Of a stretch of DNA of 64,000 nucleotides, positions 41,170 through 51,327 are shown piece by piece; position 1 is the stretch's first letter, and every line of letters begins with the position of its first letter. The notes under the pieces are model-generated. The model did no database searches. It was not told where the DNA came from and worked only from the letters and a program-made list of their open reading frames with translations. Source of the stretch: Candidatus Thorarchaeota archaeon. GTDB lineage: Archaea > Asgardarchaeota > Thorarchaeia > Thorarchaeales > Thorarchaeaceae. The stretch is taken from NCBI GenBank assembly GCA_963726195.1, contig CAVSBO010000005.1, positions 64,001 to 128,000 of the forward strand. The letters are read 5' to 3'. The translations under genes and the position numbers were made by a program.

Positions 41170-42627
41170 ATGCTTGTCCTTCCCCTAGTTGCCTCACTTG
41201 TTGCTTACGCAGCTCGTGGGAAGGCTGCAAGAATCATTACGCTCGCCGTGACGATCATTGAGCTTCTACTGTCGCTTCTTCTCGCGATGGCATTCGATCC
41301 TGCCATAGGCTCTGGTGATCCAAACGCCGGAATGAAGTATCTGTGGAATTTCGTGATGGGCCAGATTGTCACGGGCGGAGGATCGACTCAACTTCGAATA
41401 GCCGTGGGAGTTGACGGCATCTCTGTGGCCATGATTGCTCTATCGAACTTCGTTGTCATGATTGCCACAATTAGCTCGAATCATATTCACAAGTCAGAAG
41501 GATTGTACTACGCCCTGATGCTGCTTCTGCAGGTAGGGCTTCTCGGTGTCTTCATGTCGCTCGACCTCATTGGGTTCTTCATCTTCTGGGAGCTTGTCCT
41601 GATCCCAATGTTCTTCATCATTGGTCGATGGGGCGAGGAGGGATGCCAGCACGCTGCTGTCAAGTTCTTCATCTACACTCATCTTGGTTCTGCAGTGATG
41701 CTCGTCGGTTTCTTCGTCCTGTACTTCGCGGCGGTGCCTCACACATTTGACATGATAGCACTCCGGAGCATGGGCTTGCCTCCAACCATCCAGCTTGGAT
41801 TTGCACTTGCTGTATTCATGGGTGCAGGAGTGAAGCTTCCTGTCTGGCCACTACACAACTGGCTTCCGTGGGCTCACGTGAAGGCTCCAACGCCCGGATC
41901 TGTGATTCTTGCTGGAATACTCCTGAAGATGGGAGGCTACGGGTTCATTCGCCTTGGAGTCTGGATGGTTCCATCCGCCTTTGCAAGACTGAGTATTCCA
42001 CTCGCTGTGCTCGCGGTGTTCACCTGTATCTACGCGGCATTCACGGCCATGGCCCAGACCGATTTGAAGAGCATGGTGGCCTACACTTCGATAAACCACA
42101 TGTCTTGGGTTCTGCTGGGCGTCGCTATCGGGACAACCGCCGCACTGCAAGGTGCGGTCTACATGATGGTCTCCCACGGAGTAATCATATCTGTCATGTT
42201 CATTGTTGCAGGACAACTCAAGTACTCTGCAGGATCTAGGGAAATCCCTCAAGTCAAGGGATTGATGGCGCAAGCTCCTCGACTGTCATCCGTTTTCATC
42301 TTCGCGTCGTTTGCCGCATTTGGTCTGCCCGGTCTAAGCGGATTCATCGCTGAGGCGTTGATTCTATTTGGATCGATAAGGGTCTACGTGTGGACCGCGC
42401 TAATCACTCTGGGTGTTTTCCTGACTGTGGGTTATCTGCTTTGGACACTCAACAGAGTCGTATTCAGTGATCCCAGCTCAGAGAAACCAGTTACAGAGGC
42501 ACCTTGGTCTGACCTCATCGCGCCCTTGATTATTCTAGTTCCAGTTGTAATCCTAGGAATTTGGCCCGACCTCTTACTTGGATTAGTGTCGCCAGTCGTG
42601 TCATTCATTGTTGGGGGTGTGCCATAG
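41170..42627 (+). CDS. nuoM: Complex I-like subunit M
   Basis: FFIFWELVLIPMF, HNWLPWAHVKAPT, LLKMGGYG, AYTSINHM. Confidence 0.93.
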   Translation: MLVLPLVASLVAYAARGKAARIITLAVTIIELLLSLLLAMAFDPAIGSGDPNAGMKYLWNFVMGQIVTGGGSTQLRIAVGVDGISVAMIALSNFVVMIATISSNHIHKSEGLYYALMLLLQVGLLGVFMSLDLIGFFIFWELVLIPMFFIIGRWGEEGCQHAAVKFFIYTHLGSAVMLVGFFVLYFAAVPHTFDMIALRSMGLPPTIQLGFALAVFMGAGVKLPVWPLHNWLPWAHVKAPTPGSVILAGILLKMGGYGFIRLGVWMVPSAFARLSIPLAVLAVFTCIYAAFTAMAQTDLKSMVAYTSINHMSWVLLGVAIGTTAALQGAVYMMVSHGVIISVMFIVAGQLKYSAGSREIPQVKGLMAQAPRLSSVFIFASFAAFGLPGLSGFIAEALILFGSIRVYVWTALITLGVFLTVGYLLWTLNRVVFSDPSSEKPVTEAPWSDLIAPLIILVPVVILGIWPDLLLGLVSPVVSFIVGGVP

Positions 42628-44126
42628 TGTTTCAGCTTTTTACGCCCATCATCGATTTCATACGCGCCGTATTGGCTCCTCTCACACAGCAATTGCTTCT
42701 GTTCATTCCTGCCGATTGGATTGGATCGCTGCCCGCACTTACTCTCGTAGTGTTCGCGTTGCTCGCTCTAGCAGTGGGCATGCGATGGAACCCACTAGCG
42801 GTCAGCTTCGTAGGAGTCTTGGTGACCACAACTGAGATGGTTGTTTTCGCCCCGGTGCCCTCTTTCGGAGGTCTTTTCACCAGGGATGCATTCGCTGACT
42901 TCTTCATCTACATCATTCTGATTGTCGCTTTCCTTGTCCTGATGTCCTCTACGCTGCATGGTGGAGACCGTGGGCCGTACAACTTCCTGCTGCTCATGTC
43001 TTTCGCAGGAGCCATCTGGGTGGTCATGGCGACTGACCTCATTGCATTATTCATAGCATGGGAATTGATGTCCACTCCTACCTACGTTCTTGCAGCGCTT
43101 AGCCCGAATCACGGAGCCGTCGATGGAGCAACTAAATACTTCGTCATGGGCCTAATGGCAACTACACTCATGATATTCGGAATTGCTCTGGTGTACGGCG
43201 TCACGGGTGAGACCAGCTTGTCAGTGTTGTCGTCTACCGTAGCGGCAATTTGGAGTTCTGGTCCTGAACTTTCTCCCGCAGCGTACACCCTGATGCTTGC
43301 CATGATTCTGTTTGTGATTTCATTCGGATTCAAGGTCGGCATCTTCCCTGGCTGGATGTGGGTGCCGGATACCTACTCCACTGCTGACGGAAGCGTTACC
43401 TCGTACTTGGCGGGTGGAGCGAAGAAGGCCGGAGTCAGCGCACTGGTTAGGATACTGATGATTGCGTTCATTGTTGCGAGACTCAGCTGGACTCCTCTCA
43501 TAGTCGGAGTATCGATTCTGACGATGGTGATCGGAAACGTACTCGCTCTGGCACAGCGCAACATAATGCGAATGCTGGCGTATTCGAGTATTGCGATGAT
43601 GGGATACCTGCTGATAGGGCTCGCAGCAGGTACGGAACTCGGGCTGGCTGCGGCTTTCTTCCAAGCTTTCGTTCACGCCCTGATGAAGACAGGGGCTTTC
43701 ATCTTGATATGGACAATCTCAGTCCGTTTGGCCCGAGATGTAACATACGACGATCTGGCAGGATTGAGTCAGAGGGCTCCGCTAGCATCGGCGATGTTCG
43801 CAGTATTGATGCTTGCTCTTGCGGGGATGCCACTGACTGCCGGATTCTGGTCAAAACTAATCCTATTCCAGAGTGCGGTCGAAGTTGGGATGTGGTGGCT
43901 TGCGTTGATCGGGCTCCTGAACTCGGTGTTCTCTCTAGGCTACTACCTAAGGGTGCTCAAGTACTGTTATATGGTAGAGCCGAAGGACGGTGCACCATTG
44001 AAGCTGGCTAGGACCCCTGTCATAGCTGCTGTTCTATGCGTCGTAGGTGTTGTCGTGCTCTTCATCTACCCGGGAGCGGTGCTCGACTATGCAATCAGGG
44101 CTGCCGCCGGAATAGTTGTACCATAG
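42627..44126 (+). CDS. nuoN: Complex I-like subunit N
   Basis: AWELMS, KYFVMG, FKVG..P..MWVPDTY, RMLAYSSI, GMPLTAGFWSK, YYLR. Confidence 0.93.
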   Translation: MFQLFTPIIDFIRAVLAPLTQQLLLFIPADWIGSLPALTLVVFALLALAVGMRWNPLAVSFVGVLVTTTEMVVFAPVPSFGGLFTRDAFADFFIYIILIVAFLVLMSSTLHGGDRGPYNFLLLMSFAGAIWVVMATDLIALFIAWELMSTPTYVLAALSPNHGAVDGATKYFVMGLMATTLMIFGIALVYGVTGETSLSVLSSTVAAIWSSGPELSPAAYTLMLAMILFVISFGFKVGIFPGWMWVPDTYSTADGSVTSYLAGGAKKAGVSALVRILMIAFIVARLSWTPLIVGVSILTMVIGNVLALAQRNIMRMLAYSSIAMMGYLLIGLAAGTELGLAAAFFQAFVHALMKTGAFILIWTISVRLARDVTYDDLAGLSQRAPLASAMFAVLMLALAGMPLTAGFWSKLILFQSAVEVGMWWLALIGLLNSVFSLGYYLRVLKYCYMVEPKDGAPLKLARTPVIAAVLCVVGVVVLFIYPGAVLDYAIRAAAGIVVP

Positions 44127-44235
44127 ATGGCTTCACTCATGGTCAGAGCGCCGTACCGTATCCTATGCTGTCCTTCGGCATATTCTCTTCCCAGCCGCCA
44201 GAGAATTCATATGAAAGAGCAATGAATATGAAAAC

Positions 44236-44706
44236 GTGCGCTTGAAGACGCTGCGGCAGAAAGTAATCGCGGTCTCGTTGATTCTTGTCGTGGGAGTGGC
44301 AGCCTCTTTCTTCTCTTGGCACGCTCTTGGAAGCCCTCAATGGGTTGCCGAATGTGGTCGATACTGCTACGTCAGCGATGTGTACGGTGAGAACGGCAAC
44401 GAGCCATACACGGTGGAGTTCGCCGGTGCCAAGTTCATGTTCCTCTATTCAGAGTACACGGGATATCAAGTCTGGAATGGCACCACCGTATATCTCTGGG
44501 ACTTCCCGGACAGAGCTCACTTCAACATCGAGTTGTCAGGTTGGACCGCATACAATATCACAATTGATGTGGGTGGCTACGTGCCTATCTCCCCTTCTGC
44601 TCCTCTAAGGCTATCCATCGTTGAACACGATGGAAGATTCGTGGGTGTGGCTACAGCGGACACCTACTCGCTCTGGGGCAAGTGGGTTTTCTTGGTCTCA
44701 GTCTGA
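44236..44706 (+). CDS. Exported hypothetical protein
   Basis: Basic then hydrophobic N-terminus followed by a beta-rich domain. Confidence 0.6.
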   Translation: MRLKTLRQKVIAVSLILVVGVAASFFSWHALGSPQWVAECGRYCYVSDVYGENGNEPYTVEFAGAKFMFLYSEYTGYQVWNGTTVYLWDFPDRAHFNIELSGWTAYNITIDVGGYVPISPSAPLRLSIVEHDGRFVGVATADTYSLWGKWVFLVSV

Positions 44707-44807
44707 TATGCCCGAAGTCTCTACTAGCAAACGATAAATGAAATATCCTCGCCTTGTCGCGTGGCCCGACAAAGTTCGGGTTCAAAGTAAGAGACGGTGT
44801 GAAACTT

Positions 44808-45254
44808 ATGGGATTTCTCAGCAGGCTTCAGGCGCCGAAGGCGAGCCTAGCAGTGATGCTAGACAAATCAACATATAGTAATAGAGAGCCGCTCTCGGGC
44901 AAGCTTGACATCTCGTCCTCGGAAGAGTTCGATGCGGACGAAATACGTATTGAGTTCTGGGTAAATGAATGGACCAAAGCTACTCAGCAGAAAACTGTCG
45001 GCCAGCAGACCACTTCTGTGACCGCCGAACAGACCACTGCGCTCCATAGGGGCAAGCTGACGGTATCTGGGGGAAGGCACTTCACAGTTGGCTACCGGGA
45101 TACGATTCCGTTCAGTCTACCATTGCCATCAAACGTGCCGCCGACGTACCGTGGTCAGAATGCCCGCAACAGCTGGATGATAAAGGCAGTGCTCGGTGTG
45201 AAGGGCCGGCCTGACGTAGAGACCCGCGAAATGGAAGTCGTCATCACCTACTAA
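44808..45254 (+). CDS. Arrestin-N/SpoOM-like beta-sandwich protein
   Basis: LDKSTY...LSGKL, IPFSLPLPSNVPPTYRG...WMIKA. Confidence 0.65.
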   Translation: MGFLSRLQAPKASLAVMLDKSTYSNREPLSGKLDISSSEEFDADEIRIEFWVNEWTKATQQKTVGQQTTSVTAEQTTALHRGKLTVSGGRHFTVGYRDTIPFSLPLPSNVPPTYRGQNARNSWMIKAVLGVKGRPDVETREMEVVITY

Positions 45255-45440
45255 GCATGTTGTCCCGCAGTCCTAGCCTGTTGAGGATGGCTATCGGCTA
45301 GGCCTGCGATCCATCATGGGGCAGTTTCGGACTCTGTGTTCGAAATCGGGAAGTTCGGGATGTGTTCGCTGCATCCTTTGCCTGCCATGCCTCGTCATCC
45401 AGAAGTTGGCCGTGGCGAAGTACTTCACACTGCTCTATCT

Positions 45441-46769
45441 TTATCCGATCCTTCGTTCGCGTCTCTTCAGAAAGAGTTCTGTAGCTGCTACCACGGCAAC
45501 AACCATTATTCCTGCTGCCAGGATTAACGACGGCCAAGGTACGCCTTGCGTCACCTGTGAAATCTCAAAGATGCTCACATAAGCCTGCCACTTCTTTTCT
45601 TCCTCCCACGTTGTCACATTCACCGTGTCTACATCGTAGGACACGTACAGCAGGCCCCCATGAAGTATCACCCACGGTCTTCCACCCTTCTTGTCACCCC
45701 CGTAGGTGAAATTCGTGATCGTTGCATCGTGCAAGAGGTTCCAATTGCGATCGAATGTCGCAAGGTGCACGTTCGGGTAGACCGGAAAGAAGGCTGAACC
45801 GTTTCTTTTGCTGGTATCCAAGTAAGCGACATAGAAATGTGCTCCGTCAAAAGCCATCCCTTGTGACCAATGGGCTTTTGGTATCAGGCTCTTGTTGCCA
45901 AGGAAGTTCCACTGACCATCATACTTCATCAAAGTCAAACCACCGGAATAGAAGTCGGCCGACACGAAATAGTAAATGCCATCAACATAGATGATGGAAG
46001 ACCCGTCAATATGCGGACTGTCATCAAGCGTGATATTTCCTAGCGGCTGGAGGTCGGCTGTAAAGAAGTGATGGCGACTCGAAAACCCCTCTTGCCAGAT
46101 TCCTGAAGGGTTATACTGGTTGCTGACATCGAGCTGCCCGTTAACGTATGCAACCATGGGATCGGTGTTTCCCTCAATCGAATCATTGTTTCCCGGAAGT
46201 GGCTTCGGAAGGATGACGTAAATCTCTTTTAGTCTCGACCAATTCGCGGCATCGTACTTGACTATTCGCCAGCCATAAGGGTCCCCCGCGTTCTGGGATA
46301 CAAAGACGTAGTAGTAAGTGGAGTTCACCATGAATGAACCTGAATCGCCTGCCTCACTCGCGTTCGGGTACCATTCTAGAAGACCACTCTTGCCCGTCTC
46401 CTGCATATTGAGGTTGTATTCCTTGTAGGCGTATCCAGCACCGAGAGTTACGTTTGTTACCGTACTCGCCTTCGTTCCAAATGAAACAACAAAACGGTCG
46501 GTTGCAGGAACATAATTGATGCGGGGGAAGCTGCCTGTTAGGAATTGGCCATCTGGCGTTACTTGAACAGTCTGTATGAACCTGATGGGCGGCTCTTGAG
46601 CCAGCACAGGTGTGGGTGCAGAGAAGAGACACTGTGTCAAAAGCAACGACGCCAACACGATAAGTGATAGCAGCAGTGTACTCACTTTTCTCTGATTTGG
46701 CACTATGTGATTGTGCGATAGCTGCTTACTAGCTCGTTCCCGCTCAGCCCTCTCCGAATCCTTGACCAT
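45441..46769 (-). CDS. Membrane-anchored extracellular beta-propeller-like protein
   Basis: Signal-like N-terminus, repeated 'KYD.NW/TFD.NW' blades, many NxS/T sequons, C-terminal TM plus basic tail. Confidence 0.65.
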   Translation of the reverse strand: MVKDSERAERERASKQLSHNHIVPNQRKVSTLLLSLIVLASLLLTQCLFSAPTPVLAQEPPIRFIQTVQVTPDGQFLTGSFPRINYVPATDRFVVSFGTKASTVTNVTLGAGYAYKEYNLNMQETGKSGLLEWYPNASEAGDSGSFMVNSTYYYVFVSQNAGDPYGWRIVKYDAANWSRLKEIYVILPKPLPGNNDSIEGNTDPMVAYVNGQLDVSNQYNPSGIWQEGFSSRHHFFTADLQPLGNITLDDSPHIDGSSIIYVDGIYYFVSADFYSGGLTLMKYDGQWNFLGNKSLIPKAHWSQGMAFDGAHFYVAYLDTSKRNGSAFFPVYPNVHLATFDRNWNLLHDATITNFTYGGDKKGGRPWVILHGGLLYVSYDVDTVNVTTWEEEKKWQAYVSIFEISQVTQGVPWPSLILAAGIMVVAVVAATELFLKRRERRIG

Positions 46770-46962
46770 CGTTTTCTACCCCAATGTCATCTTCCATCTG
46801 GACCAAGAATGCTTTCCAAGCTTATAAGATGCCCCTGGGCTCGCGCTGCCAGCCGATGAGGAACCGGTGTCTGTACCGAATCAGGTCATTGCTTCTAAGG
46901 CTGCTCTTATAATGTAGAATCTGCTCTTGCCCGGCCTGACGGATTAGCAGCGGCGCATAGAA

Positions 46963-47595
46963 ATGGGATGGCTGGATAAGTTCGCCAAAGGGCTCGACAA
47001 GTTTGCAGGCAAGTCGATGAAAGCAAAGGTCATGAAAGCTGTTTCAGATGCTTCCGCTGAGAAAAGCGCGGAGCAGATTACAGAGTGGCTCATCGCCGCT
47101 ATCGATAGGATGGATACCTTCGTACCAGACAATGAGACGCGCCGAAGCATCATGCTATGTTGTTCCGAGACATTCCCCCAGAAGAGAATCCAGAAGGTTC
47201 GCGCCGAGTACGAACGAACAGGTGACCTAGACGCGCTCATCAAGTGGATGGAGCAAGATAGTTCGTGGAAGGGACTCCCGTTCTACGAGTATCCAAAACG
47301 CGAAGGCAACGTCATCTATGTCACCAAGATCCCACACGACCCGAAAGGCTTTCAAGAAGCCAAAGACGCCGCACACAAGCGTGCATCATACTGCCATTGT
47401 GCCTTGATTCGCCCCGCAATACTGAATGGAACTCCGGTCTCTTCGACATTCTGCCTGTGTGGATCCGGCTGGTACAAGTCTCTCTGGGAGGGAGTATTGG
47501 GCAAACCAGTGCGAGTCGAAATCGTGGAGGCCGTTGGTCAGGGAGCGGAACGCTGCACTTTCGCCATTCACCTTCCCCTCGACACTGACCGGTAG
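46963..47595 (+). CDS. Cys-containing V4R/DUF6144-like protein
   Basis: YCHC, FCLCGSGW...WEGVLGKPVRVEIVE...G.ERCTFAI. Confidence 0.6.
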   Translation: MGWLDKFAKGLDKFAGKSMKAKVMKAVSDASAEKSAEQITEWLIAAIDRMDTFVPDNETRRSIMLCCSETFPQKRIQKVRAEYERTGDLDALIKWMEQDSSWKGLPFYEYPKREGNVIYVTKIPHDPKGFQEAKDAAHKRASYCHCALIRPAILNGTPVSSTFCLCGSGWYKSLWEGVLGKPVRVEIVEAVGQGAERCTFAIHLPLDTDR

Positions 47596-47800
47596 CGTTT
47601 GTTCAATAATACGTCAAGAACCTAGGCCAGCACAAGATGTTTCAATCTCGTCACTCACGCAACACAACGAAAGCATTCTCTTCGTTGCTTTCATCATAGT
47701 TTGTGATACCCTAAGATAATACAATAGGTCCATGGTTAACCGAAACAATGATAAGAAAGCTGAAGGAGACGTTATTGGAAAGCTTGGAAGCGTGGTTAAC

Positions 47801-48193
47801 ATGCCAGGGGAAATATCAAAATCAGCGAAGTACATCTTCTTGCTATATTTCATTGTGACAATTGTCTTCGGGGCCTTTTGGTTCCTACTACCAGCGTACT
47901 GGAACACTCTCACCGGGTGGCCATCAGAGATAGCCTCAGGCCGGATAGTGGGGGCGGCGATAATTGTAATGGCAATCGGCGCGCTTCTTGCCTATCGTGC
48001 AACTTCTTGGCAGCAGGTCGAGATATTCGTTATGATGGGAATCATGTTCGGCATTCTCGGTGTTCTCGGACTGCTCTGGGACATTCTGGCACCTCCGCCA
48101 GTACTCCCCATGATTGCTTGGTTGCTTGTGGGACTACAATTACTGCTTTGGCTACTGTTACTCTATGTCTACTTCAAGGGAAGGAAGTCCTAG
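47801..48193 (+). CDS. 4-TM hypothetical membrane protein
   Basis: Four hydrophobic segments; start uncertain. Confidence 0.6.
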   Translation: MPGEISKSAKYIFLLYFIVTIVFGAFWFLLPAYWNTLTGWPSEIASGRIVGAAIIVMAIGALLAYRATSWQQVEIFVMMGIMFGILGVLGLLWDILAPPPVLPMIAWLLVGLQLLLWLLLLYVYFKGRKS

Positions 48194-48386
48194 AAAGTCC
48201 GGAATCACCCGCGAAAGTCGGGAGCCTGCCGAGCAACACATGGCTGTGCTGACATGTAATCCCGACATCGAGTTCAGAATAGTACACGGCCCCGCATGAG
48301 ATGGTTTGTCGACGGGACCGTTGTATTTCTTCTACTCTGGAATCACAGAGGTTTTTATCAACGTCGAGCTAGAGTTCCCCGTTACT

Positions 48387-48680
48387 ATGACCAAGTATTT
48401 CGTCTATGTGATTGAGACCGAGGACCACAACTACTATACGGGCCAGACAAACGACCCCTTGAGACGTTTCAAGGAGCACGTGGCACGAAAGTCGCACTCG
48501 GCATCGTACTTCCGGATGCATCCTCCAAAGTACTTGGTCTATCTTGAGGAAGTTGACAGCCGGACCAAAGCGTTGCGTCGTGAGCGTCAAATCAAACTGC
48601 ACCGACGGCTCAAGATGAGCCTGATAGGTAGTCGTCGTGATTTGCTTGAAGTGATAGACTCCGAAGCCAGCTACAAGTGA
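48387..48680 (+). CDS. GIY-YIG nuclease (UPF0213-like)
   Basis: YFVYVI...YYTGQTNDPLRRFKEH...ALRRERQIK. Confidence 0.88.
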   Translation: MTKYFVYVIETEDHNYYTGQTNDPLRRFKEHVARKSHSASYFRMHPPKYLVYLEEVDSRTKALRRERQIKLHRRLKMSLIGSRRDLLEVIDSEASYK

Positions 48681-48694
48681 TTCTCTAAGATTTC
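48645..48694 (+). repeat. Direct repeat, left copy, flanking vapBC
   Basis: 46/50 identical to 49655-49704; first 27 nt identical. Confidence 0.93.
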
Positions 48695-48809
48695 CGATGG
48701 ATGCCGAGATATCCAACCGGTTCATGTCTGTCTTCGGTCCAGAGCTCAAGCAATTCTCTTAATCAAATCGTCAGGGCAGTCGTTCAAAGAGCAATGCTTA
48801 AGTACAGAG

Positions 48810-48825
48810 GTATATACGTATATAC
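48810..48825. promoter_or_regulatory. Perfect 16-bp palindrome, probable TA operator
   Basis: GTATATACGTATATAC between a TTAAGTA TATA-like box and ATG 48828. Confidence 0.6.
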
Positions 48826-48827
48826 GT

Positions 48828-49115
48828 ATGGCTGAAACGGTCAGGAATAGATCTCTTCAAGAGAAAGCCAAGATAACCCTGAGTCTTGACAAGAGTCTTG
48901 TCGAAAGGATTAGATCCGAGCTGTCAAGTGGAGAAACTCTAAGCGGCGCGGTAGAGGTTTCACTGGCGAATATGTCCTCTGAGATGTTCCTTGAGAGAGT
49001 CGGTTTTGCACTTCAACTGAAGAAGGAGGTTCAATCTACCAGAGAGATTCTGGCAATGAGAAAACCGGGTCTCAAGGCTGAGGAAGTCGTCCGTGAGATC
49101 AGAGATGAGGCATAA
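48828..49115 (+). CDS. vapB: RHH-type antitoxin (VapB-like)
   Basis: KAKITLSLDKSLVE strand-helix; C-terminal AEEVVREIRD; abuts a PIN gene. Confidence 0.7.
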   Translation: MAETVRNRSLQEKAKITLSLDKSLVERIRSELSSGETLSGAVEVSLANMSSEMFLERVGFALQLKKEVQSTREILAMRKPGLKAEEVVREIRDEA

Positions 49116-49554
49116 ATGACAGAGAAGGTCTATCTTGACACGAGCGCCCTTGTAAAGCGTTATCTGGAGGAGGAGGGGTCAGAGAAGGTAGATTCTCTCT
49201 TCAATGAGAGCTACGATAAGAGCGTTGTCTTAGTGATCTCACAATGGAACATAGGGGAGGCCGCCGTCGTCTTCGACAAGTACCAGAACAGAAAGGTGAT
49301 TCGCGATGCCCGTCAACCTTTCCAGTCGCTGTATAATGAGGCAAGTCTCCTCAGCTGGGCTCGGACAGTTGGAGGCAGTGCCTGTACTTGGAGAAATCAT
49401 TGCCGGAAGTATCCCATTGATTCTTGCGTACCATGTCTATTTGGCAGATGCGATTCAGGTTGAGACATGCAGACAGCAAAGGTGTGGTGTTTTTGTTTCA
49501 TTTGATGACAGACTGAATAAGGTGGCACAACAAGAGGGCATGAAGCTAGCCTAG
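49116..49554 (+). CDS. vapC: PIN-domain toxin VapC (frameshift near 49355)
   Basis: VYLDTSALVKRY..E.GS; LADAIQV and FVSFDDRL in the second frame. Confidence 0.88.
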
Positions 49555-49654
49555 GAACGCAAATCCAACCACTGCCAGGGATATGTAAGATTCTGAGTGC
49601 GGACCGGTCACAAAGTGCAAAACCTCGCGCAGCATGCCCAAGTATTCTAGCGCA

Positions 49655-49704
49655 CTTGAAGTGATAGACTCCGAAGCCAGCAACAAGTGACTCTCGAAGC
49701 TTTC
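49655..49704 (+). repeat. Direct repeat, right copy, flanking vapBC
   Basis: Matches 48645-48694. Confidence 0.93.
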
Positions 49705-49744
49705 ATATCCCCCGCAATTCTGCTAGCCTGCTAGGTAGAGGCAG

Positions 49745-51317
49745 ATGACACAGCTGAGTCGCGGCAATAGATGCAGGGACTTCGGGCGTTCGCTCAATGC
49801 TGTTCAACACGGACGGCACGGTCGTGTCCAAGGCATACGAGGAATTCAGTAGCTACTATCCTAGTCCTTCTTGGGTTCAGCAAGATGCTGCTGATTGGTG
49901 GGCAGCGGCTGGAAAAACCATGGAACAGAGTCTCAAGGAAGCGCATGCCACTGGGAGTGACATCATCAGCGTGAGCGTGACAAACCAGCGTGAGACCATC
50001 GTCCCTATTGACAAAACAGGTGCTCCTCTTCGCCGTGCCATTGTCTGGCAAGACCGGAGAACGGTTCCACAGTGTGAATGGATCAAGAGACAGATCCCAC
50101 CGGACGAGGTATATTCAATCACGGGTCTCACAATCGACCCATACTTCTCTGCACCGAAGATTCTCTGGGTGAAGGAAAAGGAGCCGAAAACGTTCAAGGC
50201 AGCCTTCAAGTTCCTTCTTGTCCATGACTTCATCATCTACAAACTCACCGGTAGGACTGTCACAGACTTCTCCAACGCAAGCCGAACTATGCTATTCGAC
50301 TTGAGGCAAGCCAACTGGTCCGACAGGCTTCTTCGCGAATTCGGGATTCCCAAAGAGAAGCTGCCAGACCCCGTTGCACCCGGAACGCTTGTGGGCGAGG
50401 TGACTTCTGAGGCTGCAAAGTTGATCCATCTGAAGCAAGGTACCCCTGTTGTTGCGGGTGGCGGTGATCAGCAGTGTGCTGCTCTTGGTGTTGGAGTCGT
50501 AAGGCCGGGTTCAATCAAAACAACAACAGGAACCGGGACATTCATGCTCGCATATTCCGAGACACCAAGACTCGATTCAAAAAGACGGGTCTTGTGCAGT
50601 CGTCATGTGGTTCCTGATGCCTTCGTCGTAGAGGCAAGCATGTTCACGACCGGTTCAGCTCTTCGATGGTTCCGTGATAATCTTGGCAGTGAGGAATGCG
50701 CAGTAGCGACCAGGCGTGGAGTAGACCCCTATGATGTCATCACAGAGAGGGCAAGTAAGATACCACCGGGCTCGGAAGGGGTCGTCCACATTCCACATCT
50801 TGCAGGTGCGGGTGCTCCTTACTGGAATCCCAATGCACGAGGGGTCTTCGCAGGTCTCGCCTTGGGTCATACGAGAGAGCATCTGATGCGTGCAATACTT
50901 GAGGGCGTGTGCTACGACATACGTACGAATCTTGAGGTAATGCGAGAGCTGGGACTAGCTGCTTCGGAGGTACGTGTCGCTGGAGGAGCAGCACGTAGTG
51001 AGGTCTGGATGCAGATTCAAGCCGACGTCTTGGGTGTGCCGGTCATTCGGACATCAATGGAGGAAGCCACTGCCCTCGGCGCCGCAATACTGGCGTGCAA
51101 GGGCATAGGCGTATTCTCTTCAGTCGCCGACGCAGCAGAGCAGATGGTTCGTCCTCTACCCCCGCTTCAGCCTTCGCCCAACAATCGTGCCGTCTATGAC
51201 CACGGTTTTGAGAGATACAAGAAACTATATGCCCGCTCTCTCGGGATTTACGTGGGACTCCGTGTAGGCACTTGCCTAGACGAGCTGAAGACGTCCCCCA
51301 AGTCAGACCCGTTCTGA
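49745..51317 (+). CDS. FGGY carbohydrate kinase (xylulokinase-like); probable frameshift just after the start
   Basis: AIDAGTSGVRS upstream of the tracked Met; TNQRET, WQDRRT, GGGDQQ, GTGTF, GGAARS. Confidence 0.9.
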
Positions 51318-51327
51318 AGGCCCCAGT

